Assembly (NCBI GenBank): GCA_002269645.1
Contig: NIVC01000577.1
Coordinates: 46,460-110,459 of the forward strand
Origin: Macrostomum lignano
Lineage: Eukaryota
DNA length: 64,000 nucleotides
Direction: 5' to 3'
Shown: one piece after another, positions 12,486 to 25,171 of the stretch
Layout of the letters: each line of letters starts with the position of its first letter
Numbering within the stretch: position 1 is the stretch's first letter
Notes under the pieces: generated by a model
The model's database searches: none
Told to the model about the DNA's origin: nothing
Seen by the model: only the letters and a program-made list of their open reading frames with translations
Made by a program: the position numbers and the translations under genes

Positions 12486-15400
12486 CCTTACAACCCTGCT
12501 TGGCGGTTTGATGCCATTTCAGCGCTCGGGAAAGTCGCATTCGACTTCCTGCGTTCAAGCCGTGCAAACGGCGGCCCAGCAACAGCAGCCATCGGCTAGC
12601 CAGCTGCAGCCAGCGATGCCGACAACTCCACCAAGGTTGCTCGTGTCCTCTTCTGACGATTCGGCCGCGGCAGGCGCCGAAGAAGGGGCCATCGTCAGGC
12701 GACATTTCATTTCCCGTCGGGAGTCTGCCGCAACGACGATTCGAACGACTCGGACGACTCGACCGACGACTGCAACTGCGAACAGTACGACGAGGATGCT
12801 GCCGAGCATGACGAAGCTGAGAATGGAGATGAGGGCGCAGATGACAGCGGCGGCGGCGCCTGCTGCCGAGCTGAAGCTGCTGGCAGCTTGTCGGCCACCT
12901 CGCTGACCGTGTCCGGCAGTCGTCGAGGAGGTGGCGGCGGCGGCGGCGGCGGCCGACCGGACATCCAGCGATGCCACTCGGACAGCGGAACTGAGGGAGT
13001 TCCGGCGCATGCGCTGTTCCTGCGGCAGAGAGGGGTGAGTGAATAGCTTGCGGGTGTGTGAATAGCTGTGGCTGAGTGAGTGAATGTCTGTGAATGAGTT
13101 ATTGTCTGTGAGTGAGTCAATGGCAGTTGGTGAGTCAATGGCTGAGTGAGTGAATGGCTGTAAGTGAGTGAATGCCTGTGAGTGAGTGAGTTAGTGAATG
13201 GCAGTTGGTGCGTGAATGGGACTTGATGAGTCAGTGGCTGAGTGAGTGAATGTCTGTAAGTGAGTGAATGCCTGTGAATGAGTTATTGTCTGTGAGTGAG
13301 TCAATGGCAGTTGGTGAGTCAATGACTGAATGAGTGAATGTCTGTGAGTGAGTGAAAAGCTGTGAGTGAGTGAAAAGCTGTGAGTGAGTGAAAAGCTGTG
13401 AGTGAGTGAATAGCTGTGAGTGAGTGAATAGCTGTGAGTGAGTGAATAGCTGTGAGTGAATGAATGGTTGTGAGTGAGTGAAAAGCTGTGAGTGAGTGAA
13501 TAGCTGTGAGTGAGTGAATAGCTGTGAGTGAGTGAATAGCTGTGAGTGAATGAATGGTTGTGAGTGAGTGAAAAGCTGTGAGTGAGTGAAAAGCTGTGAG
13601 TGAGTGAAAAGCTGTGAGTGAGTGAATAGCTGTGAGTGAGTTAATAGCTGTGAGTGAGTGAATAGCTGTGAGTGAGTGAATAGCTGTGAGTGAGTGAAAA
13701 GCTGTGAGTGAGTGAATAGCTGTGAGTGAGTTAAAAGCTGTGAGTGAGTGAATAGCTGTGAGTGAGTGAATAGCTGTGAGTGAATGAATGGCTGTGAGTG
13801 AGTGAAAAGCTGTGAGTGAGTGAAAAGCTGTGAGTGAGTGAATAGCTGTGAGTGAGTGAAAAGCTGTGAGTGAGTGAATAGCTGTGAGTGAGTGAATAGC
13901 TGTGAGTGAATGAATGGCTGTGAGTGAGTGAATGACGGGTAGAGGTAGCCGGAGGCGGCAGATGTGTTGCTAGAAATCACAGTAAACTGAGAGAGATTCT
14001 GAGAGCGCATTTTGATTACAGAAAGTAAGAGAAGATGTGAAAGCTACAGAATTTCATGCATCAAAAATGAAACCCGTGCCACGAAACAAAAAAGCAAAAA
14101 ATATAAATCTGCAATGGGATCGATCTCTTCCATAGCAACTGCTCATCAGTGTATTTGTTCCCCAGTCAGCGAAAGCTGAAAAGACAGAGGCGGAGATGGG
14201 GTGCAGAACAAAAATAAAAAGCAAAACGATTCACTGTAACCAAGATCAGTTTAAGCTGATGCCGATGCTGTTACTAAAGGCGACATCGTTCGAGTCCAGG
14301 GAGAAGTGAGCGCCCCTGTCTCTTGGTGGGAGTCCCTGTCTCTTGGTGAGAGTCCCTGTCTCTTGGTGAGCGCATCTGTCTCTTGGTGTGTGTCCCTGTC
14401 TCTTGGTGGGTGTCCCTGTCTCTTGGTGGGAGTCCCTGTCTCTTGGTGGGAGTCCCTGTCTCTTAGTGAGCGCATCTGTCTCTTGGTGTGTGTCCCTGTC
14501 TCTTGGTGTGTGTCCCTGTCTCTTGGTGGGTGTCCCTGTCTCTTGGTGGGAGTCCCTGTCTCTTGGTGGGAGTCCCTGTCTCTTGGTGAGCGCATCTGTC
14601 TCTTGGTGTGTGTCCCTGTCTCTTGGTGTGTGTCCCTGTCTCTTGGTGGGTGTCCCTGTCTCTTGGTGGGAGTCCCTGTCTCTTGGTGAGCGCATCTGTC
14701 TCTTGGTGGGTGTCCCTGTCTCTTGGTGGGTGTCCCTGTCTCTTGGTGAACGCCCCTGTCTCTTGGTGGGCGCCCCTGTCTCTTGGTGGGCACACCTTTC
14801 TGTATAAACACAAATACATAATACACATTAATGCTTACCTTTACACTTTAAACGCCAGAAATCGCAAAAGTCACACGACGACGTCGAAGTTCTGCCTGGC
14901 GGTGGAGTCTACGACGGCGATGAAAGAAGCTGTCACAGCCACAGCCAGCAACAGAAACAGCAGCAGAAGCAGCAGAAGCAGCAGCAGCAGCAGCTGCACC
15001 ACCACCACCACTTGCATCATCACCAGCATCACAGGATCCGGCTGGGATTCGGTTCTGGTGGAAGCCCCGGTGCCTCTGAGCGAAAAGAAAAGTCAAAGAA
15101 GAAGAGCATGTGAGTTCTGTTATTGGCTAAATAATCCCTGTACTGTATGCGCGAGCTGCATCAAGTCTTCTGTAAACTTTTCTATTAGAAGCTTTTCAGA
15201 TTTTCAGTTGCAAGGATTCAGCTAAGAGTGGAATAATTATGGATGAAAGAATCCGATTTGGAAATGGTATAATAAACTCTTGTATGAAAAGTATTTACGC
15301 TCGTAGTATATTTGATTCTAAAGGCTTGCAAAGTACTTTTCAAGCTGGGTAGCTAGTTCAATACTTCATCCGCTGACTAGCAACTAATGACACAACTTGT

Positions 15401-18400
15401 ACGTACGCTGCCCCCAACTTGTACACTGCTCCCAGCTTTTACAGTTGCTCATAACTTGTACAGTTGCTCCCAACTTGTACACTGCTCCAAACTTGTACGT
15501 ACGCTGCCCCCAACTTGTACACTGCTCCCAACTTGTACATAGCTCTCAACTTGTACAGTTGCTCTCAACTTGTACACTGCTCCCAACTTGTACAGTTGCT
15601 CCCAACTTGTACACAGCTCCCAAATTGTACAGTTACTCCAAACTTGTACTGTTGCTCCCAACTTTTACAGTTGCTCCCAACTTGTACAGTTGCTCCCAAC
15701 TTGTACGCTGCCCCAAACTTATACACTGCTCCCAACTTTTAAAGTTACTCCCAACTTGTACAGTTGCTCCCAACTTGTACAGTTACTCCAAACTTGTACA
15801 GTTGCTTCCAACTTGTACACAGCTCCCAACTTGTACAGATGCTCCCAACTTGTACAGATGCTCCCAACTTGTACACAGCTCCCAACTTGTACAGTTGCTC
15901 CCAACTTGTACACAGCTCCCAACTTGTACAGATGCTCCCAACTTGTACACCGCTCCCAACTTGTACAGATGCTCCCAACTTGTACACAGCTCCCAACTTG
16001 TACAGATGCTCCCAACTTGTACACAGCTCCCAACTTGTACAGATGCTCCCAACTTGTACACTGCTCCCAACTTGTACAGTTGCTCCCAACTTGTACAGTT
16101 GCTCCCAACTTGTACAGTTGCTCCCAACTTGTACAGTTGCTCCCAACTTGTACAGTTGCTCCCAACTTGTACAGTTACTCCAAACTTGTACAGTTGCTCC
16201 CAACTTGTACAGTTGCTCCCAACTTGTACAGTTGCTCCCAACTTGTACAGTTGCTCCCAACTTGTACAGTTACTCCAAACTTGTACATTTGCTCCCAACT
16301 TGTACAGTTGCTCCCAACTTGTACAGTTGCTCCCAACTTGTACTTGTCACCTTGTACGCTTGGCCCAAGAGCATTTCACGACAAGCAACAGGCATTTTTT
16401 CACAGCTTAGGCTGTACTTAATTCGCCCCCACTCGGTCATGGAGTCTGCCTGAGTGATTAACTTGTCATCAAGGAAGAACGCACAAGAAGCTACGCTAAA
16501 GTACAGTTCCTCAGTAGCTGAGCCAGTCAAAGCCTAATCGAAGCAAAATAGGAATTGACTTCTTCTGACGCGAAATCAGCATTACTGCGACAGGGGCAGT
16601 GGAGGCTTAGTCCAGTCTGGCGGTTGCCGAGTAAAAGAAATTACCGAAAGATTTTGCCGGAACGCCCGCCCAGACCCAAGTCTCTAAGGCCAGTTCTCCC
16701 GAGGAAAATCGAGGCGAAAGAGGAGAGCATAGTAGGGGAGACGGCGAGGGCAGAACGTCATTAAGATGAAAGAGGGCGAAAGAGGGGAGGAGAGTTATAG
16801 GCTAGAATTTTGGAACGGAGCGGAGAGAGGGAGAAGCAGTCGGGGAGAAGTCCCCAGGCTCCGCATCCTCCTCTTTTTGGTCCGATGGCCACCAGGGCAT
16901 CTCCGGCTGCATCTCTCGCTCCTCCCAACTCCTTGTTCCTTCTTCCTCCTTTTCCAGTGCTCTCAGACTCGGGGCCTGTCCAGAGCGCACACCCACACAT
17001 ACTTCTCCTCCCATTTGACTGAAAATCTTGCTCAGACGAGAAGAGCGGATTGAGAAGGCCCTGATATACACCGAGAGGGAGAGACGATCCATCAGCCAGA
17101 GAAATGGAGCTCGCATATCTCTAATGCAATTTGCCTCTGCTGCGCACTGCCAGAAGAAGTCCAACTGAAAAATCTGACGAATTGACGCAGAGCCGGGGCT
17201 ATTAGTTAGTCGAAGCAGAGGAAAATAGAATCAGTGCGTGCGAATTGGCAAAGCAAAACGCTTTTCTAATTCTCTTACGCCTCCGAGCCGGAGATGAGCC
17301 TTTATAAATAAGCCCTTGGAAGTGGAAATTAAAATGTCAAATCGGATTAGCAAATGCGAAACGAGCTGAAACACGATGGAGACAGTCGACAGAAAGTTGG
17401 CAACAAGTAGGGCAGGAATGCTACTTTCCATAAAAAGAATTTCGTATTTTTTAGCTTTCGGTTTGCAGCGAATGTTTTTCATCAAAGTTGGAGCTTTTTT
17501 AATCATCGAAAGAAGATGAATAGCGCAGTTTTCTTCAATTCTGAATTGTTGTTATTCAGTGCAAATGGACTTTGGGACATTGGGTTGCAGACAAACGGAA
17601 AATAAAATCAATGTGCATATATTATGAATGAAGAGCTTGTTGATGTACTAGGGCGTGTCTCGGGACGAAATTCTATAAATAGAAGCAGTGTACATATGCT
17701 ATACGTACATATCAATCATGCTGCTAAAAATAGAACAAGTGTACAAGCGAGAAGAGAAAAGTCTAAAAATAGACTCAGTGTACATTGCGGAAAGAGAGTG
17801 GGCAGTTACAGGGGCGTCGCCGACGGGGGAACAGGGGGGACATGTCCCCCCCCCCCCCCAGTAAAAGATCTGGAGGGACATGCCAATGCTTTGTACCCCC
17901 ACCCCACCTTATGACCCGTTATGGAAATCAATAATTTTGCCGCAGGGCGACAAAACAGCGCCTGTGGCGCTAAAATGAGTGCTTGCAACGCCAAAGTGAG
18001 TGTTTGCGGCGAAAATGAGTGCCAAAATGAGTGCTTGCGTCGCCAAAATGAGAGCCTGTGGCGCCAAAATGAGGCCCTGCAGCGCTAAAATGAGTGCCTG
18101 CGGCGCTAAAATGAGTGCCTGCAGTGTTAAATTAAGTGCTGACAACACCGATTCTGAAACTAATGTACATGTAGGAATTTAATGTACATGTCATGTACAT
18201 GTATATGTAGAATTCTTGGCTTTGTCCCCCCAAACAAAAAATCCATGGCGACGCCCCTGGGCAGTTAAACAAATCAACCAGCCAATCAGCATCCCGTGAA
18301 GATTTAGCTAAACAATTAACGGCAATTAAAACTTCTCACCTTGTTGCAGAGGCGACAAATTTAGTTTTCTATCTCGCAAGTCGGTCGAAGCGACTTCAGC

Positions 18401-21400
18401 AGACAAGGCCTCTGGTATTAAGCCCAGCTGCGACCAGGTGCAACGGTGGGGCGCCTCTTTTGATAGCCTGCTGAATGACAAGTGTAAGATTCGATGCTTG
18501 AATTGTTTCTTGCTTTGTGCTAACAGACCTGTGGCTTATAAACCTAACCATATACACGTATACGTGGGCAGAAAATTACAGCTTTTTAATCAATAACCGA
18601 GCAACTACGAGGGGTGTCCCAGAAGTAGTGTCGCTTTTGGAAAAGTTGGCAACACACTGCCGGCCGCCTCGCACTGTTCGATCCACCTGTAAACTGTTCA
18701 CCGACTGATGGCATTGGGACCGTGAATGCGGGTCAGGTTTTCGTGAATATCAGGGCATTTCTGACCAAGACTCCAAAGTGTAAAATTGCGTGTCACCTCC
18801 CATCTGTAGAGTGAATGTTAGGGTCCATGACTGGAACAAATCTTGCAGCTGCTGTCTTGCAACTCAGTGCTTGATCAGCTGTACTTGTGGCTTTCTTCTG
18901 AGTGAGCATAGAAGCACTATGCGATGTGTATTTCTATGGCTAAGGGTATGCGAACAAATGCATGCTGGTTTCAGCAGGAAGCACTTATAAAATTCGGACT
19001 TTCGTGGCATGAAAGCTAAAATAAGCCGCTAACTTTTAAGGCATATGATTTTTTAACACGCATTAATAATGTACTTGTCGAAGCAAGCAAAAGCGACACT
19101 ACTTCTGGGACACCCCTCGTATATCTACTGTGTACACTATCTACCCGAGCTAACCTACATTTAGATGTACGTAATCAACCCAGCCTGCCGTATCTTCTAT
19201 GTAAACCGATCTTGAACCTTTCAGATGGCTTAGCACTTTTTCGCGCCTTCCTAAAGACCGAGTACTCGGACGAGAACATCGAATTCTGGATTGCTTGCGA
19301 AGAATATAGAGCGCTCAGCGGCCCAAAAAAGCAGACAATGAAGGCGCAGAAAATCTATAATGAATTTGTTGCTTTTCAGGCACCCAGAGAGGTGAGAAAC
19401 AGCATTTCGCTATTTTGTCATATTTTTTTAGTTTATTCGTTATTCTACAGTGACAATATCCCAGCAAAACCAGCTGCACTGTAATAATTAAGTTCATCCA
19501 AGTTGCAACAGTTGAGGAAATGCATGACTTCTTTTAGTAATTTGATCATAAAACTTTGAGGTGATCGGAGTGGGTGAGAGTGGGTAAGAGTGGGTGAGAG
19601 TGAGTGAGAGAGGGTAAGAGTGGGTGAGAGTGGGTGAGAGTGGGTGAAAGTGGGTGAGAGTGAGTGAGAGTGAGTGAGAGTAAATGTGAGCGGGTGAGAG
19701 TGGGTGAGAGTGAGTGAGAGAGGGTAAGAGTGGGTGGGAGTGGGTGAGAGTGAGTGAGAGTGGGTAAGAGTGGGTGAGAGTGAGTGAGAGTGAGTGAGAG
19801 TGAGTGAGAGTGAATGTGAGCGGGTGAGAGTGGGTGAGAGTGAGTGAGAGAGGGTAAGAGTGGGTGAGAGTGGGTGAGAGTGAGTGAGAGTGGGTGATTG
19901 AAAGGAGAAATGTTAGCAAAGAGCCGAGAGGAGATCTGGAGTTGTATAGGGGCGGGGCGTGAAGAGTGAGAGATAGAGTGAGATAGTGAGGAGAGTGGAA
20001 GAGTGCGAGGTAGAAAAGAGAGTGAGAGGGAGAGTGGGATAGTGAAAGGGAGAGTGGGAGAGTGAGAGGTAGAGTGGGAGAGTGAGAGGTAGAGTGGGAG
20101 AGTGAGAGTGAGAGTGGGAGAATGAGAGTGAGAGTGGGAGAGTGAGAGGTAGAGTGGGAGAGTGGGAGGTAGAGTGGGAGAATCAGAGGGAGAGTGGGAG
20201 AGTGAGAGGGAGAGTGGGAGAGTTAGAGGGTGAGTGGGAGAGTGAGAGGGAGAGTGAGAGAGTGAGAGGGAGAGTGGGAGAGTGAGAGGGAGAGTGAGAG
20301 AGTGAGAGGGAGAGTGGGAGAGTGAGAGGGAGAGTGGGAGGGTGAGAGGGAGAGTGGGAGACTGAGAGGGAGAGTGAGAGAGTGAGAGGGAGAGTGGGAG
20401 AGTGAGAGGGAGAGTGGGAGGGTGAGAGGGAGAGTGAGAGAGTGAGAGGGAGAGTGGGAGAGTGAGAGGGAGAGTGGGAGGGTGAGTGGGAGAGTGGGAG
20501 ACTGAGAGGGAGAGTGGGAGAGTGAGAGGGAGAGTGGGAGAGTGAGAGGGAGAGTGGGAGGGTGAGAGGGAGAGTGAGAGAGTGAGAGGGAGAGTGGGAG
20601 AGTGAGAGGGAGAGTGAGAGAGTGAGAGGGAGAGTGGGAGAGTGAGAGGGAGAGTGAGAGAGTGAGAGGGAGAGTGGGAGACTGAGAGGGAGAGTGGGAG
20701 AGTGAGAGGTAGAGTGAGAGAGTGAGAAGGGGACAGCAGTGAAACACCCAGAGCTGGCTGTTCAGAATCGATGAGCCACTTGAGCAATGGGGAAATTCGG
20801 CACTGTACTGCTCTCTCTCTCTCTCGCTCTCTCTCTCCCTTTCACTCTCTCTCTCACTCTCTCTCTCTTGTTCCTCCCCCAGCGATAAAACTTCGCATGC
20901 ACTTGTGATTTCCATCACTTAGCAAATCAAGTCGCCATTCCCTCAATTACCGGAGCTTATCTGCCCCATCTCTAAGCGTTTTGAGCAGCACTGGGGGAGC
21001 TGGGGGGCGATATGGATTTTTTCATAGCCCAGTAGCTTTTTCAAGTGAATGGACTCGGAGCGACTCGGATGGAGGGGAAGGCGCTGTACTTTTCCAACCA
21101 GTCTCGTCAGGCTATCCGCGTTCATTAGCGAGGGTAGAGCAGACTTTTTCTCCCGGTTTCTGCTTTTAGGGAGTTTCTTTGGGAACTGCCTTTTGCTCGT
21201 CTTCTTTTCACTGCTTTTTCTATTACTCATTATCTCAGTTTCGCAGGCGCTAGTTGAGTCAGTCTCTTCTCTTCATCAGCCTTATAAATCTGTGCCCACT
21301 TCTGCGTGGGCGTATTTAAAGTAGAATCTGGGAATCTGGGAAACCAGCAAGTTTGGTAAGGCACTACTTTCGTTCTAAATAGTTAGTAGTGCAGATGTAC

Positions 21401-22484
21401 TTGAACTTTCAGTTTCTTAATGAAATCTATTAGCTCACCTACAATAAATAATCATAGTTTTGTAGGTGAATTAATAAATTAGATTGCTTATCTACCCAAC
21501 ATCACTGATAAAGCAATAGAATGGATTGCTAATCTAGCCAACATCATGATGGATGAAGGAATAGAATGGATTGCTAATCTAGCCAACATCATGATGGATG
21601 AAGGAATAGAATGGATTGCTAATCTAGCCAAAGTCATGATGAATAGAGGAATCGAATGGATTGCTAATCTAGCCAACATCACTGATAAAGCAATAGAATG
21701 GATTGCTAATCTAGCCAAGTCATGATGAATAGAGGAATAGAATGGATTGCTAATCTAGCCAAAGTCATGATTTATGAAGGAATAGAATGGATTGCTAATC
21801 TAGCCAACATCACTGATAAAGCAATAGAATGGATTGCTAATCTAGCCAAGTCATGATGAATAGAGGAATAGAATGGATTGCTAATCTAGCCAAAGTCATG
21901 ATTTATGAAGGAATAGAATGGATTGCTAGTCTAGCCAACATCACGATGAATAAAGGAATCGAATGGATTGCTAATCTAACCAAAGTCATGATATATGAAG
22001 GAATAGAATGGATTGCTAATCTAGCCAACATCACTGATAAAGCAATAGAATGGATTGCTAATCTAGCCAAGTCATGATGAATAGAGGAATAGAATGGATT
22101 GCTAATCTAGCCAAAGTCATGATTTATGAAGGAATAGAATGGATTGCTAGTCTAGCCAACATCACGATGAATAAAGGAATCGAATGGATTGCTAATCTAA
22201 CCAAAGTCATGATATATGAAGGAATAGAATGGATTGCTAATCTAGCCAACAACACGGGCCCGCAGGTGAACCTGGACAGCACCACCCGCCTGGCAACTAT
22301 CAACGCCATGGGCAGTCCTGACGGTCACCTGTTCGAGCAGGCTCAGAAGCGCATTCAAGCCCTGATGGAGAAGGACTCATACCAGCGGTTTCTCCGCTCA
22401 GAAGTGTACCAGAACCACCTCAGAGACGCCGCGAAAAGCAATCCGGGTTCTTCTTCAGCTTCGACTTCTCTCGGAGGTCACTGA
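12382..22484 (+). CDS. Regulator of G-protein signalling (RGS domain at the C-terminus, R4/RGS3-like) with a low-complexity poly-Q, acidic and poly-His N-terminus
   Basis: Phase-consistent exons: ...-13034, 14859-15109, 18350-18483, 19225-19391, 22266-22484. The translation includes [21 protein letters not shown]|[28 protein letters not shown]...APRE|VNLDSTTR...[26 protein letters not shown], a canonical RGS box. The 5' end is uncertain: ATG 12382 and the poly-Q frame need a frameshift near 12731 or an alternative acceptor at 12698. Confidence 0.9.
13035..13935. repeat. 18-bp GTGAGTGAGTGAATAGCT minisatellite starting at the RGS exon donor site
   Basis: Read directly. It starts at donor GT 13035. 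Confidence 0.92.
14300..14795. repeat. 20-bp GTCCCTGTCTCTTGGTGGGT minisatellite (RGS intron)
   Basis: Read directly. Confidence 0.93.
15395..16345. repeat. 19-bp CTCCCAACTTGTACAGTTG minisatellite (RGS intron)
   Basis: Read directly. Confidence 0.93.
17809..18259. mobile_element. Non-autonomous hAT-type DNA transposon (MITE)
   Basis: Terminal inverted repeats are CAGGGGCGTCGCC and GGCGACGCCCCTG. A perfect 8-bp target duplication GGCAGTTA lies at 17801-17808 and 18260-18267. Internal GCGCCAAAATGAG subrepeats are present. An 8-bp TSD with CAG ends is typical of hAT. Confidence 0.85.
18608..19119 (-). mobile_element. Internally deleted mariner/Tc1-type transposon
   Basis: A perfect 32-bp TIR CGAGGGGTGTCCCAGAAGTAGTGTCGCTTTTG lies at 18608-18639 and 19088-19119, flanked by TA on both sides. 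The minus strand holds a decayed N-terminal HTH remnant [31 protein letters not shown] at about 18675-18768. Confidence 0.88.
19560..20730. repeat. 10-bp (GTGGGTGAGA)n array followed by 20-bp (GAGAGTGGGAGAGTGAGAGG)n array (RGS intron)
   Basis: Read directly. Confidence 0.93.
21490..22250. repeat. Degenerate minisatellite of about 44-47 bp with core AATAGAATGGATTGCTAATCTAGCCAA, ending just before the last RGS acceptor
   Basis: Read directly. A higher-order duplication of about 220 bp is present. Confidence 0.92.
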
Positions 22485-22779
22485 TGTAAATCGCCAGAGC
22501 ACAAGCAGCCCGACCTGTCACGCCTCATCGCTGTCCAGTTAATCTTCATCTAGTCATGAAATCTGATATTTTGACTTTGAACATAGTCCGTTTCAAAGCA
22601 ATGTCATTCTCTTATATAAAACTGTTTGTTTATAATTCTTTGATATTGCAATTCTCATTGAAGGAAAGTGTTTATTCTATACTCATTGAAACTGAGGAAT
22701 GGTTTGGGTACTGCAGTTAAGTTTATTATAATTCTCTATGATATTCTCAGTTCCGTTGGTCAATCGTGTGAGTTCCAAT

Positions 22780-22975
22780 CCTGAGTCTGCCCCTCTGCTC
22801 CCCCCAGTCCTTGAGAATCTGCCTCTCCGCTCCCCTCAGTCTTTGAGAATCTGCCCCTCCGCTCCCTCAGTCCTTGAGAATCTGCCCCTCCGCTCCCTCA
22901 GTCCTTGAGAATCTGCCTCTCCGCTCCCTCAGTCTTTAAGAATGTGCCCCTCCGCTCCCTCAGTCCTTGAGAATC
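22780..22975. repeat. Approximately 31-bp CTGCCCCTCCGCTCCCTCAGTCCTTGAGAAT tandem repeat downstream of the RGS stop
   Basis: Read directly, about 6 copies. Confidence 0.85.
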
Positions 22976-23814
22976 CCGCAGGATTGCATAAAGCATTGTA
23001 TATTGCAGCCCTGACTTCGTCCTCTACTTAAACTTCATCACCTATTAAAAGCAATCCTTGAGTAGATGTACTTTAAGCATTGAAACTGTGTCTGCTTGGT
23101 CGATGTATTTTTCTAATTTTATTGTGAATTCGAAAATCTGTCTGTCTTTTGTTTTCTGTCGTTCCGTTAAGATAATTTTTGACATTTTCTGTCTTTTGTC
23201 TGCGAGTTCTTTTAACTGTCATCATTTATGGCTATAATAACTTGCCTCTGGCTGATCGGTAATATTTTCATCGTTAAAGTTGAAGAGACATGGAGGCTAT
23301 ATGAGATTAGAAGTGGGATTAGACGTGAGATAAGGCATGAGATTATACGTGAGATTAAACATGAGTTTCGAAATGAGATTAGACATGAGATTCAAATTGA
23401 GATTAGGCATGAGATTCAAAGTGAGATTAGATATGAGATATGCATGAGATTAAACACTAAATATTTAACACTAAATGGGATTTTAATCGAATATAAGGTA
23501 TTATAGAAACGCTAGTTGTGATGCATGTTATTAAATCATAATATCAATTAAAACTAAATGCATAAAAATTAACTGTTTCAAAAACATGTTTGGACATTCA
23601 GCTCCTTAACTGAAATAAACTGTTTATTTTGCTTAAACTAATGCGACTGATAGACTTCTACATGCATTGAGCGACAGTTTGTACCATGTTGGCGTGAGAG
23701 TTGCTCGAGAATATGCATTGCAGTTGAACAAATAAAAACAATTTTGAATTCAGTCAGAACTAAAATTTGCTGCCTTTATCCTTTTAATTTGACTGTTTGC
23801 ATTGATAGTGCTTC

Positions 23815-25165
23815 TTGGCGAAGCTTCGGGTTGAGGTGAATTACTGCTACAGGTTGGTGAAGCTTCGGGTTGAGGTGAATTACTGCTACAGGGCTGTGAA
23901 GCTTCGGGTTGAGGTGAATTTCTGCTACAGGTTAGTGAAGCTTTGGGTTGAGGTGAATTTCTGCTACAGGTTGGTGAAGCTTCGGGTTGAGGTGAATTTC
24001 TGCTACAGGTAGTGAAGCTTCGGGTTGAGGTGAATTTCTGCTACAGGTTGGTGAAGCTTCAGGTTGAGGTGAATTACTGCTACAGGTAGTGAAGCTTCGG
24101 GTTGAGGTGAATTTCTGCTACAGGTTGGTGAAGCTTCAGGTTGAGGTGAATTTCTGCTACAGGTTGGTGAAGCTTCAGGTTGAGGTGAATTACTGCTACA
24201 GGTTGGTGAAGCTTCGGGTTGAGGTGAATTACTGCTACAGGTTGGTGAAGCTTCGGGTTGAGGTGAATTACTGCTACAGGTTGGTGAAGCTTTGGGTTGA
24301 GGTGAATTACTGCTACAGGTAGTGAAGCTTCAGGTTGAGGTGAATTACTGCTACAGGTTGGTGAAGCTTCAGGTTGAGGTGAATTTCTGCTACAGGTTGG
24401 TGAAGCTTTGGGTTGAGGTGAATTTCTGCTACAGGTTGGTGAAGCTTTGGGTTGAGGTGAATTACTGCTACAGGTTGGTGAAGCTTCGGGTTGAGGTGAA
24501 TTTCTGCTACAGGTGGCGAAGCTTCGGGTTGAGGTGAATTTCTGCTACAGGTTAGTGAAGCTTCGGGTTGAGGTGAATTTCTGCTACAGGTTAGTGAAGC
24601 TTCGGGTTGAGGTGAATTTCTGCTACAGGTGGCGAAGCTTCGGGTTGAGGTGAATTACTGCTACAGGTTAGTGAAGCTTCGGGTTGAGGTGAATTTCTGC
24701 TACAGGTTAGTGAAGCTTCGGGTTGGTGAAGCTTCCGCTTGATGAAGCTTCGGGCTGGTGAAGCTTCGGGTTGGTGAAGCTTTGGGTTGGTGAAGCTTTG
24801 GGTTGGTGAAGCTTCCGCTTGATGAAGCTTCGGGTTGATCAAGTTTCGGGTTGGTGAAGCTTCGGGTTGGTGAAGCATCGGGTTGGTGAAGCTTCGGGAA
24901 AATGAAGCTTCGGGTTGGTGAAGCATCGGGTTGGTGAAGCATCGGGATGGTGAAGCTTTAAATAGGTCAAGTTTCGGGTTGGTGAAGATTGGGGTTGGTG
25001 AAGCATCGGGATGGTGAAGCTTCAAATAGGTCAAGTTTCGGGTTGGTGAAGCATCGGGTTGGTGAAGCATCGGGATGGTGAAGCTTCAAATAGGTCAAGT
25101 TTCGGGTTGGTGAAGCATCGGGATGGTGAAGCTTCAAATAGGTCAAGTTTCGGGTTGGTGAAGTT
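23815..25165. repeat. 39-bp HindIII-containing minisatellite (GAAGCTTCGGGTTGAGGTGAATTACTGCTACAGGTTGGT) grading into a 16-bp GAAGCTTCGGGTTGGT derivative
   Basis: Read directly. Confidence 0.95.
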
Positions 25166-25171
25166 GTTTTT

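Noticed and set aside
21049-21324. 91-aa ORF with a hydrophobic stretch in the RGS intron
   Set aside because: It starts at a non-ATG codon, the hydrophobicity comes from a T-rich tract, and no splice or homology support was seen.
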